In this document: positions 27,864-37,787 of the stretch, in pieces
Layout: each line of letters starts with the position of its first letter
How positions within the stretch are numbered: position 1 is the stretch's first letter
Assembly: GCA_963674945.2 (NCBI GenBank)
Contig: CAXXWQ010000003.1
Coordinates: 160,001 to 224,000 of the forward strand
Reading direction: 5' to 3'
Source: an uncultured Desulfosarcina sp.
GTDB lineage: Bacteria; Desulfobacterota; Desulfobacteria; Desulfobacterales; Desulfosarcinaceae
DNA: 64,000 nucleotides
The notes under the pieces: model-generated
What the model saw: only the letters and a program-made list of their open reading frames with translations
Database searches by the model: none
What the model was told of the DNA's origin: nothing
Program-made: the position numbers and the translations under genes

Positions 27864-28918
27864 GTACGAATTCCAAATCAATGATGGGGCCGCCTATAAT
27901 CGGTGTGAGCAAAAACATCGTTCGGGTACGTGAACTGATTGAACATGTTGCCAGCACCGGATTGAATACGGTGGTTTTTGGTGAAAGCGGTGTCGGCAAA
28001 GAAGTCGTTGCCCAAAACCTGTACCAGAAATCTCCCCGTGTGGGAAAGCCATTCATTAAGATCAATTGTGCCGCGCTTCCCGAGGGGCTATTGGAAAGCG
28101 AATTGTTCGGTTACGAACGCGGTGCCTTTACCGGAGCGGAACAAAAGAAGAAGGGCAAATTCCAGCTCGCCCACAGCGGTGTTTTGCTGTTGGATGAAAT
28201 CGGCGACATGTCCCTTCCCCTTCAGGCGAAACTGCTCCATGTGCTTCAAAGTGGAGGAGAATTCTCACCTTTGGGTTCCGAAAAAGAGGTCAGGGCGGAT
28301 ACATGGGTAATTGCCGCCACCAATCACGACCTGAAAAAAGACATCGACGAAGGACGTTTTCGCGAAGATCTCTATTATCGGCTCAATATCATCAAGATCC
28401 ATCTGGCTCCTCTTCGGGAACGGCCGGAAGACATCCCCCCCTTGATCGATTACTACATCAATGAGTATGCGACCATGCTCAAGAACAGGCCCATCGAAAA
28501 ACCGAGCCCCACTGTAATCAATCGGTTGTGCGCCTACCGATGGCCGGGAAATGTTCGGGAATTACAGAACGTCCTCAAGCAGATGCTGGTACTCGGTGAT
28601 TGCAATCAGATCGTCGACGAGCTCTTGGCCGATGAAAACAGCCTTTCCCCTGCGAAGACGGATTTGGCGGGAAAAGGACATGGCGCCTCTTTGACTCGTC
28701 TTCTCGACCTGGACGGAAAAAATTCGCCGGACAGCCCCACCTTCTCGCTCAAATCCGCCAAGAAGGAAGCGGTAGAAATGGTAGAACGGGAAATTATCTC
28801 GCACGTTCTCTCAAAAACCGATTGGAACAGAAGCAAAGCATCAAAAATACTCAAAATAAGCTACAAGACGCTTCTTTACAAAATCAGTGATCTTGGAATC
28901 GAACCACCGGAAAAATAG
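27860..28918 (+). CDS. Sigma-54-dependent activator (AAA+ and HTH, no N-terminal regulatory domain)
   Basis: GESGVGKE, ESELFGYERGAFTGA, LLDEIG, FREDLYYRLN, WPGNVREL, Fis-type HTH. Confidence 0.92.
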   Translation: MSTNSKSMMGPPIIGVSKNIVRVRELIEHVASTGLNTVVFGESGVGKEVVAQNLYQKSPRVGKPFIKINCAALPEGLLESELFGYERGAFTGAEQKKKGKFQLAHSGVLLLDEIGDMSLPLQAKLLHVLQSGGEFSPLGSEKEVRADTWVIAATNHDLKKDIDEGRFREDLYYRLNIIKIHLAPLRERPEDIPPLIDYYINEYATMLKNRPIEKPSPTVINRLCAYRWPGNVRELQNVLKQMLVLGDCNQIVDELLADENSLSPAKTDLAGKGHGASLTRLLDLDGKNSPDSPTFSLKSAKKEAVEMVEREIISHVLSKTDWNRSKASKILKISYKTLLYKISDLGIEPPEK

Positions 28919-28919
28919 T

Positions 28920-30149
28920 TCAGCCGTTCACCTTCATTATCAATCGGAATCCCAGTGCCGGCCCAAATAGCTCCGGATCGAAACGAAATCGGCGGGTGCA
29001 CCGCACACTCCAGGCATCCAGATGCCAGCTTCCCCCTCGAATCACACGATCCTGTCCGTCCCGGGTACATACGGGATCGATCTTTTCGTGGTATTGATAG
29101 GCCTGCTCCCGATAGTAATCACGGCACCACTCCCACACATTCCCGCTCATGTCGAAAAGTCCCAAACCGTTTGGCGTCTTTGCGGCCACCGGTGAAGTTC
29201 CGCCGGCACTGTTCTCCCTATACCACGCCACGGCATCGACATCGTCTCCACCGGCATACCGCTGTTTTTTTCCTGCACTGCGCGCGGCGTATTCCCACTG
29301 GGCCTCCGAGGGAAGACCGAATGATATGCCCGGAGGCGAAGCCGCGTTGAGCCTTTCGATGAAGCGCATCGCGTCGGAAAAGGTTACCTGTTCGACGGGA
29401 TGGTCTCCACCGATGAAATTGGATGGATTCTCCTCCATAAGGCGAAGCCATTGGGCCTGGGTCACCGGGCAGGTCGCCATGTAAAAGGGGGAAAGCTGTA
29501 TCTCATGCACCGGTTGTTCATCCGCTATTCCCTCTTCGAAGCCGTCTCCCATGAAAAAGGTGCCGCCGGGAACATGTACGAAGCAAATACCCGTGGTCGT
29601 CTCTGTAAATGGTTTACCATCTTCTCGTAGGAAAGCGGTCCTTTTTTTTTCATCGGTGCATCGGCCACTGTCCTTTACCACCGGTTCAGAATTGATGGTT
29701 CCGGTGGATTCTGCGACGAGCCGCAGCCAAGCGTATGCAAAGGCAAATGAACTTCTGGTACGTTGCCCCCCCTTCTCCCCTTCACGGAACCATTTTTTTA
29801 GGAGATCGAAATTGACAGCCGAAGCGAGTCCAAGAGATTTTCCGAATTCCTCTTCAAACAGGCCGAAGACCTCACCACGGACGAAAAGTTCGATGATTTT
29901 TTCGCAATCAAAGGTTTTAAAATCCGCATCTTCGCCGCCGATGGCAATCTCTAACGCCACCAGTCTCGTTACAATCGAAGGTGCGACCGCCCCCCGCACC
30001 CTGGTATAAATCGCCTGGAGAACTGCGGATAAAGCCGCTTTCAGGGATGATTCCATGCGGTTCGTATCATCGCAGCACAGGCGATCTTCGACCTCGGCCA
30101 AAAGGTCCTGTATGGATTTCGATCTCGTGGTCACACCAGCTTCCCCCAA
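28920..30149 (-). CDS. FGE-sulfatase/SUMF1 domain protein with unrecognised N-terminal domain
   Basis: GGTFFMG, PVTQAQW, LPSEAQWEYAAR, GLFDMSGNVWEWC, RVIRGGSW, GFRL. Confidence 0.85.
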   Translation of the reverse strand: MGEAGVTTRSKSIQDLLAEVEDRLCCDDTNRMESSLKAALSAVLQAIYTRVRGAVAPSIVTRLVALEIAIGGEDADFKTFDCEKIIELFVRGEVFGLFEEEFGKSLGLASAVNFDLLKKWFREGEKGGQRTRSSFAFAYAWLRLVAESTGTINSEPVVKDSGRCTDEKKRTAFLREDGKPFTETTTGICFVHVPGGTFFMGDGFEEGIADEQPVHEIQLSPFYMATCPVTQAQWLRLMEENPSNFIGGDHPVEQVTFSDAMRFIERLNAASPPGISFGLPSEAQWEYAARSAGKKQRYAGGDDVDAVAWYRENSAGGTSPVAAKTPNGLGLFDMSGNVWEWCRDYYREQAYQYHEKIDPVCTRDGQDRVIRGGSWHLDAWSVRCTRRFRFDPELFGPALGFRLIMKVNG

Positions 30150-31462
30150 GGCACAACACCCCTTGAAAGTCTTTCAATCCGAACCGATTGAAAAGAGTTG
30201 CAAAGTTCATCGTCCCCGTGGAAATGGACGGGGATGTAATTTTCCGTCAACCCCTTCAGACAGCCGCTTGGCCGAACCCTCGTTGTTTCCACCAGTACCT
30301 TTACCGAGGATCCGACCCGATCCTCGTAAAACCGCTTTCTTTTTTCCGTTCCCAACCGTCGCATATGTTGACAACGGTCCTTGATTACCGGAGGCGGCAA
30401 TTGATCGGAAAAAGAAAAGGCCGGCGTTCCCTCACGGGCCGAGAAGGGAAACACATGCAGGTAGGCCACCGGGAGGGAGCGGATCAGCTCATAGGTTTGA
30501 ACAAAGGCTTCGTCCGTTTCTCCGGGAAAGCCGATGAGTGTGTCCACACCAATGGCGGCATCCGGCAACCGGTGGGCGATGGTCTGCACCAGACTGTAAA
30601 AATATGTGCGGTCATAGGGGCGGTGCATCCGCTTGAGAACTGTGTCGTCACCGCTTTGAAGCGGAATGTGAAAGTGGGGGCAAAGCCGTCCGGGGACATC
30701 CCCGTTAGCATCTGCAAGACCAATGATATCCTTTGATAATTCCCCGGGCTCTATGGAACTGACACGAATGCGGTCGACGGAACCGGCTTCGCGAATCCGG
30801 CACAACAGATCGTACAGATTCGTGGCCGGTGTCAGGTCCTGGCCATAGCAGCCGATGTGAATGCCCGTAAGAACGACTTCCCGGTAGCCGCGCACCCCCA
30901 ATTGCGCAATCTGCGCCAACACCTGCTTTTCGGGCAGGCTGCGGCTCCTTCCCCTGGCATAGGGGACGATGCAATAGGTGCAAAAGGCATCGCATCCATC
31001 CTGGATCTTCAAGAAAGGACGGGTTCGTCCACCGTGGGCGATGGATGGCATCGGTTCGAAACGACGACTGTCTTTCACTGCCGACGGCGTAACAGGTACC
31101 GGCGGTGCGAAATCCTGATCGAGAAGGGCCAGGATCGTTTGGGGGATGCGATGTTTGTCCACGTTGGCGACGACAAGGTCCACGCCTTTGATGGCCGCGA
31201 TCTCTTCAGAGGCGGTCTGGGCATGGCAGCCGGTGACCACGACGCGTGCCTTCGAATGATTTCGAATCACCTGCCGAATGACCTGGCGACTCTGCATGGC
31301 AGCCTTGCGAGTCACCGTGCAGGTATTGACAATCACCACGTCGGCCTCGTCATTTTCGTTGGCAATCTCCCCCTTTTTCGATTCCAACAGTGCGGTCTGG
31401 ATGGCTTCGGACTCGCACTGATTGACCTTGCAGCCCAGAGTTTTGATAAGAATCTTTTTCAT
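30131..31462 (-). CDS. mtaB: tRNA t6A37 methylthiotransferase
   Basis: TLGCKVNQCES, NTCTVT, KIQDGCDAFCTYC radical SAM motif, TRAM domain. Confidence 0.9.
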   Translation of the reverse strand: MKKILIKTLGCKVNQCESEAIQTALLESKKGEIANENDEADVVIVNTCTVTRKAAMQSRQVIRQVIRNHSKARVVVTGCHAQTASEEIAAIKGVDLVVANVDKHRIPQTILALLDQDFAPPVPVTPSAVKDSRRFEPMPSIAHGGRTRPFLKIQDGCDAFCTYCIVPYARGRSRSLPEKQVLAQIAQLGVRGYREVVLTGIHIGCYGQDLTPATNLYDLLCRIREAGSVDRIRVSSIEPGELSKDIIGLADANGDVPGRLCPHFHIPLQSGDDTVLKRMHRPYDRTYFYSLVQTIAHRLPDAAIGVDTLIGFPGETDEAFVQTYELIRSLPVAYLHVFPFSAREGTPAFSFSDQLPPPVIKDRCQHMRRLGTEKRKRFYEDRVGSSVKVLVETTRVRPSGCLKGLTENYIPVHFHGDDELCNSFQSVRIERLSRGVVPWGKLV

Positions 31463-31472
31463 TTCATAATTT

Positions 31473-31515
31473 GACGGCTTCGTAAAAAGCCCGATATCGG
31501 CGCTACGCTTCATCC
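31473..31515 (+). repeat. Truncated copy of the ~125 bp palindromic repeat (MITE/REP-like)
   Basis: gacggcttcgtaaaaagcccgatatcggcgctacgcttcatcc matches the left part of the 48505 copy. Confidence 0.85.
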
Positions 31516-31553
31516 AACTCTTTAGGAGTTTATCAAAATGTAGCGAAACCGGG

Positions 31554-31695
31554 GTAACGATGCATAGATGGTAGATTGTGGTTCAGGCCAAGGCCGTAGA
31601 CTTTTTCAACCGGAGGCGTAGCGACAACTACGTTGAGGATTGAAAAAGTCGAGAACGACGGCCTGGGCCGTAAGATGCCGTCTCTGCATCGTCAC
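31554..31695. repeat. ~140 bp imperfect palindromic element of a second family
   Basis: Nested arms gtaacgatgcatagatgg/ccgtctctgcatcgtcac, caggcc/ggcctg, gactttttcaa/ttgaaaaagtc, cgtag/ctacg. Confidence 0.75.
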
Positions 31696-32735
31696 ATTGA
31701 GGCAATCCAGCCGCCACCGACGACTTCATCCCCCCGATAAAAAACAGCCCCCTGCCCCGGCGTCACGGCGGCCTGGGGATCATGGAAGCGAACCGTTGCC
31801 TCTGTTGCCCCCACCACCGTCACCGTGGAGGCCACCGCCTTGTGACGGTATCGAATTCGGAGATCGAGCACTGCCTGGCCGGCAGGGCGATCGCCGATCC
31901 AGTTTATATCGGTAATCCGGCATCCGATGGCGTACAATTGATTCTTTTGTCCCACCACCAGACGGTTTCTCTCCGGATCGATGGCAAGCACGTAATATGC
32001 TTCTTTGGCAGGACAATTGATGCCACGACGCTGACCGATGGTATACCGGTGCAGCCCCTTGTGGGTGCCGATGCGGTTTCCGGCAGCATCGGTGATCTCT
32101 CCCGGTTGGGGAAGAACCGCACCGCTTTCCACGAGAAAATCGATATACCGCCGACCTTTTATAAAACATACGTCTTGACTCTCTTTTTGGACAGCCGGCT
32201 GCAAACCGTTTTTTTTCGCATAGCGCAAGACCGCCGCCTTTGTCCATTCCCCCAAGGGAAACCGCGCCCGTGCCAGTTGGTCCTGGGAAAGTCGGGATAA
32301 AAAATAGGATTGGTCTTTTTTCTCGTCCATACCTTTTTTAAGACGAAACCGGCCGTCCGGTCCCGGCACCACACGGGCATAATGCCCGGTCGCCAGGAAA
32401 GTGGCGCCCAACTGCCTTACCGTCTCGAACAAAACACCGAACTTGATGGTCGGGTTGCATATCAAACAGGGACTGGGGGTCCTTCCCTCGTGGTAGGCCT
32501 TCGTGAAATAGTCAACCACGAGGGATGAAAACGGTTTTGCCAGATTGATGATGCGGACGGGTACGCCGATCTTTTTAAAAAGCTGTCGTATCCGTCTGAC
32601 CGACGGATCCCCGGAATTTTCAAACCCGGTGAGAAAGTGCACCCCCCAGATATCGTGCCCCCGTTTTTGCAAAAGGTGGGCACAAACCAATGAATCGATG
32701 CCGCCGGAAACGGCAATGGCAACGGGGTCGGTCAT
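31692..32735 (-). CDS. mnmA: tRNA-specific 2-thiouridylase
   Basis: SGGIDS, TPSPCLICNPTIKFG, ATGHYAR, KDQSYFL, ESQDVCF, YTIGQRRG, TPGQGAVFY. Confidence 0.93.
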   Translation of the reverse strand: MTDPVAIAVSGGIDSLVCAHLLQKRGHDIWGVHFLTGFENSGDPSVRRIRQLFKKIGVPVRIINLAKPFSSLVVDYFTKAYHEGRTPSPCLICNPTIKFGVLFETVRQLGATFLATGHYARVVPGPDGRFRLKKGMDEKKDQSYFLSRLSQDQLARARFPLGEWTKAAVLRYAKKNGLQPAVQKESQDVCFIKGRRYIDFLVESGAVLPQPGEITDAAGNRIGTHKGLHRYTIGQRRGINCPAKEAYYVLAIDPERNRLVVGQKNQLYAIGCRITDINWIGDRPAGQAVLDLRIRYRHKAVASTVTVVGATEATVRFHDPQAAVTPGQGAVFYRGDEVVGGGWIASM

Positions 32736-33160
32736 GAAAAGAAGAGTGTGTCGGTTGGCCGCACCTGCATCGCCCGGGGCGGACAGGCAGTGATGCATAG
32801 TTCGCAGACAATGCATTTTTTCTGATCGAACTCCACTTCCATCTCTGGACGTTTGATGGAAAGGGCGCCGGTAGGACAAACCGCAGTACACGATCCGCAA
32901 TGGGTGCACTGCTTTTCAATCCGCTTCATCTCCTGGGATGCGTTTTGAACATCCACACCCTGTCGTTTCAGGTAGTCAACACCCGCCTTGAAGTTTCTTC
33001 TGGTACCGGAAACTTCCAGTACCATGAATCCCTCCTTGCGCGGGTAGATACCGGCATTTAGAACATTGAACGTCAGATCGTATTCCCGGGCAAGGTTACA
33101 GACCAACGGTTTATGAACTTCCGTTACGGGAAATCGAAGTTTTAGTATTTTCTGGTACAC
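32732..33160 (-). CDS. NIL domain plus 2x[4Fe-4S] ferredoxin protein
   Basis: N-terminal NIL-like domain (FNVLNA), CTHCGSCTAVCP and CIVCELCITACP. Confidence 0.88.
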   Translation of the reverse strand: MYQKILKLRFPVTEVHKPLVCNLAREYDLTFNVLNAGIYPRKEGFMVLEVSGTRRNFKAGVDYLKRQGVDVQNASQEMKRIEKQCTHCGSCTAVCPTGALSIKRPEMEVEFDQKKCIVCELCITACPPRAMQVRPTDTLFFS

Positions 33161-33472
33161 CTGTCGTCTCCATCCCTATGCAAAATTATTTCATCGAGGA
33201 TCTGTGCCATGAGCCATCTTCGGTATAAAGGGGCAATTTTCTTTACTTTCCCCATGGGAAATGTAACCTAATGGCTTCGAGAAATACTGTCAACCGATAA
33301 CTGGTAACCATCGGGAAATGACAAATTTGCTCGATATCTTTGTTGATTTTGGAAAGAAAAATTCATTAAAAAGGATGCATCCGCCGATTAAACATTAGAA
33401 TACGGTGAGTTGAAAGCCGTTGCGCCAGCTGCCGAAACCGAGGACACCGCTACCAACACCACATTGTAAAAA

Positions 33473-35767
33473 ATGAATCAATTCGCCTATCTCACAACAG
33501 GACTGGCCATCAAGACCCTATCCGGTCTCACCCGTGCCCGGGTGAAGATTCACGGCCAGGAGAAGCTTCCATCGGGCCCCACTATTTTCGTTGTCAATCA
33601 CTTTACCCGTATTGAGACCTTCCTGCTTCCCTATCACCTTTATCGGTTGCTGAAGACGCCGGTCTGGTCCCTGGCGGCGGCCGAGTTGTTTGTCGGCAAA
33701 TTCGGTAGCTACCTGGAGCAGGTTGGCGCCGTTTCAACCCGGGCACCGGATCGGGACAAGTTGATGGTAAAGACCCTCCTGACGGCAGAGGCCGCATGGA
33801 TCGTATTCCCCGAAGGCCGCATGGTAAAAAACAAGAAGATCATAGATAAGGGGCGTTTCATGATTACCGCCGCCAGCGGAAAACATCCTCCCCATACCGG
33901 TGCCGCCACGTTGGCCCTTCGGACTGAATTCTACCGGCAGCGCCTTTTGCAGCTTCGTAGCTGCGCACCGGATGGCGCAAGACAACTGGCGGAAAGGTTC
34001 GATCTGCGCTCACTGGATCTGGTAAGCCAGCAGCCCACCACCATCGTTCCGGTGAACCTCACCTACTATCCCTTGCGGGCAAGGGAAAACGCATTGAGCC
34101 GGCTGGCAGAACGAATCGTGGAGGATCTTCCAGAGCGCGTCGCCGAAGAGATCATGACCGAGGGCGCCATGCTTCTCTCGGGCGTGGATATCGACCTTCG
34201 ATTCGGTACGCCCATCGAAATTTCCCATCGTCTCTCCAGTCGCCCCATTCAGTACGATATCTGTTCGGCAAAGGATATCGGCTTCGACGATCCCATCCCT
34301 TCGCGCAAACGCATGCGAAAAGAGGCGATCAGGATCATGGAGCGATACATGTCCGCCATCTATCAGATGACAACGGTAAATCACGATCATCTGTTCGCCG
34401 CCTGCCTGAAGAAAACACCCATGGCACGCATGAAGAAAGAAAACCTGAAACGACGCGTCTTTTTAACCTGCCAGCGGGATAAGGAAAGCCTGGGGGTCCA
34501 TTTTCACAATAGTTTCGATCAGGACCAGGTTCACCTTCTCACCGATGATCGGTATAAAAAATTCAGTGAGTTCATCGATTTTGCCCAAGAAAAGAAGGTA
34601 GTCTCGGTCATGGGAGAAATGTTGGAAAAAGATACGCACCGCCTCTCCCCGATTCTGGATTTCCACCGTTCCCGGATCGATAATCCCATCGCGGTAATCG
34701 CCAATGAAGTGGAACCGTTGACACGGTTGCAGCGGCGCATCTTCCGCCTCTGCTGGCAACCCGAATTCTGGCTGAGACGCAGGATCGCGCGATACCTGTT
34801 GAAAAGGGCGGTAAAAAACTTCGATCAAGATTATCAAACTTTTGCCCACCTGGGTGTTTCCAAACCCAAGGATGTGGGACGGCCGTTTCTCATCAGAGGT
34901 GACCGGCGGCGAATCGGCGTTCTGCTGGCCCACGGTTATATGGCGGCACCGGCAGAGGTAAGGGGCCTTGCCGAAAATTTGGGGAAAAAGGGGTACTGGG
35001 TCTATGTCCCTAGAATGAAGGGCCATGGAACCGCACCGGAGGATCTGGCCGGCCGCACGTATCACGATTGGACCGACGACATGGATGTCGGCTATGGCAT
35101 CATCAGCAACCTTTGCCGACGCGTGGTGGTGGGTGGATTTTCAACTGGCGCCGGCCTGGCGTTGGACCTCGCCGAAAGGGTTCGTTCCGTCTGCGGCGTC
35201 TTTGCCGTCTCCACTCCTTTGCGGCTCCAGGACATGGCGTCCCGCTTCGTTCCTGCGGTGAATGCATGGAACCGATTCATGGCCCGATTTCACCTCGACG
35301 AAGCCCAGAAGACATTCGTTGACAACCATCCGGAGAACCCGCACATCAACTATCATAAGAATCCCATCTCCGGAATTCGTGAATTGGAACGACTCATGTC
35401 CTCCTTAGAACCAAGGTTGTCCCGGATTACGACACCGGCTCTGGTGATCCAATCCAAAGAAGATCCCGTTGTAAACCCCAAAGGTTCTGAAAAAATCTTC
35501 AAACTATTGGGCTCGACAGACAAACAGATGGTCTTGTTCAACTTCGATCGTCACGGTATCTTACTGGGCCGGGGCGCAGAGCGGGTCTACCGAACCATTG
35601 GTGATTTTATCGATCACATCGGCAAATACCCGGCGCGGGCATCGCAATCGGAAGATGAAGTCCCAACGGCATCATCGAAAAATAGGACTTCACACGAAAA
35701 AGAAGATGACCGGGGCGGACAAACCTTCGATGAACACGAACAGACGACTCCATCTGAAAGGCAGTAG
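33473..35767 (+). CDS. PlsC-like acyltransferase fused to a C-terminal alpha/beta-hydrolase (carboxylesterase)
   Basis: NHFTRIE and FPEG acyltransferase blocks; HGYMAAP, GFSTG, EDPVV, RHGIL hydrolase triad. Confidence 0.8.
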   Translation: MNQFAYLTTGLAIKTLSGLTRARVKIHGQEKLPSGPTIFVVNHFTRIETFLLPYHLYRLLKTPVWSLAAAELFVGKFGSYLEQVGAVSTRAPDRDKLMVKTLLTAEAAWIVFPEGRMVKNKKIIDKGRFMITAASGKHPPHTGAATLALRTEFYRQRLLQLRSCAPDGARQLAERFDLRSLDLVSQQPTTIVPVNLTYYPLRARENALSRLAERIVEDLPERVAEEIMTEGAMLLSGVDIDLRFGTPIEISHRLSSRPIQYDICSAKDIGFDDPIPSRKRMRKEAIRIMERYMSAIYQMTTVNHDHLFAACLKKTPMARMKKENLKRRVFLTCQRDKESLGVHFHNSFDQDQVHLLTDDRYKKFSEFIDFAQEKKVVSVMGEMLEKDTHRLSPILDFHRSRIDNPIAVIANEVEPLTRLQRRIFRLCWQPEFWLRRRIARYLLKRAVKNFDQDYQTFAHLGVSKPKDVGRPFLIRGDRRRIGVLLAHGYMAAPAEVRGLAENLGKKGYWVYVPRMKGHGTAPEDLAGRTYHDWTDDMDVGYGIISNLCRRVVVGGFSTGAGLALDLAERVRSVCGVFAVSTPLRLQDMASRFVPAVNAWNRFMARFHLDEAQKTFVDNHPENPHINYHKNPISGIRELERLMSSLEPRLSRITTPALVIQSKEDPVVNPKGSEKIFKLLGSTDKQMVLFNFDRHGILLGRGAERVYRTIGDFIDHIGKYPARASQSEDEVPTASSKNRTSHEKEDDRGGQTFDEHEQTTPSERQ

Positions 35768-35779
35768 GCAAAACCAACG

Positions 35780-37024
35780 ATGACCCTGACAACCAACTGG
35801 ATTTTTTTGACGATCCTCTTCTTTCTGCTGGCCCACTATCTTCTTCACCGCTTGGCCGACCGGATGAATCTTTCCGCCTTGTCCGATGAAATACCAAAGC
35901 CGTTCAAAGATGTTTTTGATCCCCAAAAATACAAAATATCCCAACGATATCTGCGTGTTAATACACGTTTCGGTCGGGTCACCGCCTCCGTGGATCTTGG
36001 TCTGCTCCTTCTCTTCTGGTTCTTTGGCGGATTTGCCTATGTGGATACCCTGACGCGCGGTTTTGGCTGGGGGCCATTGCCTACCGGACTTGCTTATATC
36101 GCCATCCTGGCCGCACTCAAGGCCATCGCCGGCATACCATTTGACCTTTGGTCCACGTTTGTCATCGAGCAGCGGTTCGGTTTCAACAAAACCACACCGA
36201 CCACCTGGATCATGGATCGCGTGAAGGGACTGATGCTGGCAATCGTGTTGGGTGCCCCCCTTGCGGCAGGCGTTCTGGCGTTTTTCCATTACACCGGTCC
36301 CACGGCCTGGATCTGGTGCTGGATGATGATCGTCGCCTTCGCCATCGTGATTCAGTTTCTGGCTCCCACATACATCATGCCCATGTTCAACCGTTTCGAA
36401 CCATTGGAAGAGGGGGAATTGAAGGGTGCTATCATGGATTACGCCCGAACCATCGGTTTTTCCCTTGACAACATCTACGTTATGGATGGATCCAAACGAT
36501 CGTCGAAATCCAATGCCTTTTTCACGGGATTCGGTCGTCATCGCCGCATCGCTCTCTTTGACACCCTCATCGATCAGCACACCATCGAGGAATTGGTGGC
36601 GATCCTGGGTCATGAAATGGGCCACTATCAAATGCGGCATCTGTTCAAGATGATGTTGGTGGGCATACTACAGGCCGGTGCGTTGCTCTATCTCATGTCC
36701 CTGATGATCACACAGCCGGCATTGTTTGAGGCGTTCTATGTCACGAATCCATCCGTTCATGCCGGACTCGTATTTTTCGGGATGCTTTTCGCGCCGGTGG
36801 ACTTTTTTTTGGGCCTCGCCGCACAATACATCTCGCGGCGGCACGAATTCGCCGCCGATCGCTTCGCCGCATCCACCACAGGCAAAATCCGTCCTATGAT
36901 CGACGCATTGAAAAAACTCAGCGTCAACAACCTATCCAACCTGTCCCCCCACCCGCTGTACGTCTTTTTGAACTACTCCCACCCGCCTGTATGTCAACGG
37001 ATTGAAGCACTGGAAAGAGTTTGA
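35780..37024 (+). CDS. M48 family (Ste24-like) membrane metallopeptidase
   Basis: IEQRFGFNKTT, DGSKRSSKSNAFFTG, HEMGH, EFAADRF, YSHPP. Confidence 0.92.
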   Translation: MTLTTNWIFLTILFFLLAHYLLHRLADRMNLSALSDEIPKPFKDVFDPQKYKISQRYLRVNTRFGRVTASVDLGLLLLFWFFGGFAYVDTLTRGFGWGPLPTGLAYIAILAALKAIAGIPFDLWSTFVIEQRFGFNKTTPTTWIMDRVKGLMLAIVLGAPLAAGVLAFFHYTGPTAWIWCWMMIVAFAIVIQFLAPTYIMPMFNRFEPLEEGELKGAIMDYARTIGFSLDNIYVMDGSKRSSKSNAFFTGFGRHRRIALFDTLIDQHTIEELVAILGHEMGHYQMRHLFKMMLVGILQAGALLYLMSLMITQPALFEAFYVTNPSVHAGLVFFGMLFAPVDFFLGLAAQYISRRHEFAADRFAASTTGKIRPMIDALKKLSVNNLSNLSPHPLYVFLNYSHPPVCQRIEALERV

Positions 37025-37085
37025 TCCGTATATTGCGGTGCAGGCAATTTGGTTCTCTGGAATAGATCAGGGTTCATTGCGTTTA

Positions 37086-37787
37086 CTAGCTCACGTCCTG
37101 AATGAGCATGGTGGATGGATCTAAAAGCTGCGCATTGGCCTGCGACCCTTGGGGCCCGCCTTTAAGGCATTGGATATGGATGCGCTTTCCTTCCGGTTGA
37201 AGCTGAATGATGGCATCGAACAGGTCCTGAAAGGACTGCATCTGTACGGGCATCCCATCCGGTCCCGGTGCCTCGTGGCGATGGGTGGTTACGGTGAACC
37301 AGAGGTGAAGCCGGTGGTTGTAAGAAAAGGTTTTAAAGCCCTCCAAGGGGGATCGGAGGCGTTCGTCGAAAGGAAGACCGTCGATGATGACCATGTGGGG
37401 ATTGAAAATCTTCTGTTCCGTCAGATCCGTGACCCGCTCTTCCAGTTTCGGAACACTGAATCCCTCCACCTTGAAGGTCATGATGAATCGATGTATCTGA
37501 ATGGCTTCCCACAACTCCTTGATCTGGCGCACATGATACTGGTTGGCAAAGCTGCTGAGCACCTGTTTGTACCATAGCTTCACTTTATCCACAGGGTCAT
37601 TGAGGCTCACATGAAGAACGTTTTTTTGCTGCAGCATGCTGTTAAGCGCCACTTGGACGATCAATGCGGTTTTCCCCACACCGGCACGGGCCAACACCGC
37701 GCCGAAACCACCTTCGGGAACGATCGCTTCGTTTTCGTGTCCCATCAATCGGAGCGGATTTCTTATAATGAGGTCGTTTCGTAGCAT
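37086..37787 (-). CDS. RecA/KaiC-like P-loop ATPase, function unknown
   Basis: ARAGVGKTA Walker A, VIIDG Walker B; start moved to ATG 37787. Confidence 0.7.
   Translation of the reverse strand: MLRNDLIIRNPLRLMGHENEAIVPEGGFGAVLARAGVGKTALIVQVALNSMLQQKNVLHVSLNDPVDKVKLWYKQVLSSFANQYHVRQIKELWEAIQIHRFIMTFKVEGFSVPKLEERVTDLTEQKIFNPHMVIIDGLPFDERLRSPLEGFKTFSYNHRLHLWFTVTTHRHEAPGPDGMPVQMQSFQDLFDAIIQLQPEGKRIHIQCLKGGPQGSQANAQLLDPSTMLIQDVS

Noticed and set aside
25229..30149. Ergothioneine cluster (EgtA-like ligase plus FGE domain as EgtB)
   Set aside because: The FGE protein has no recognisable DinB-like HxxxH domain, there is no egtD, and the genes are on opposite strands and separated
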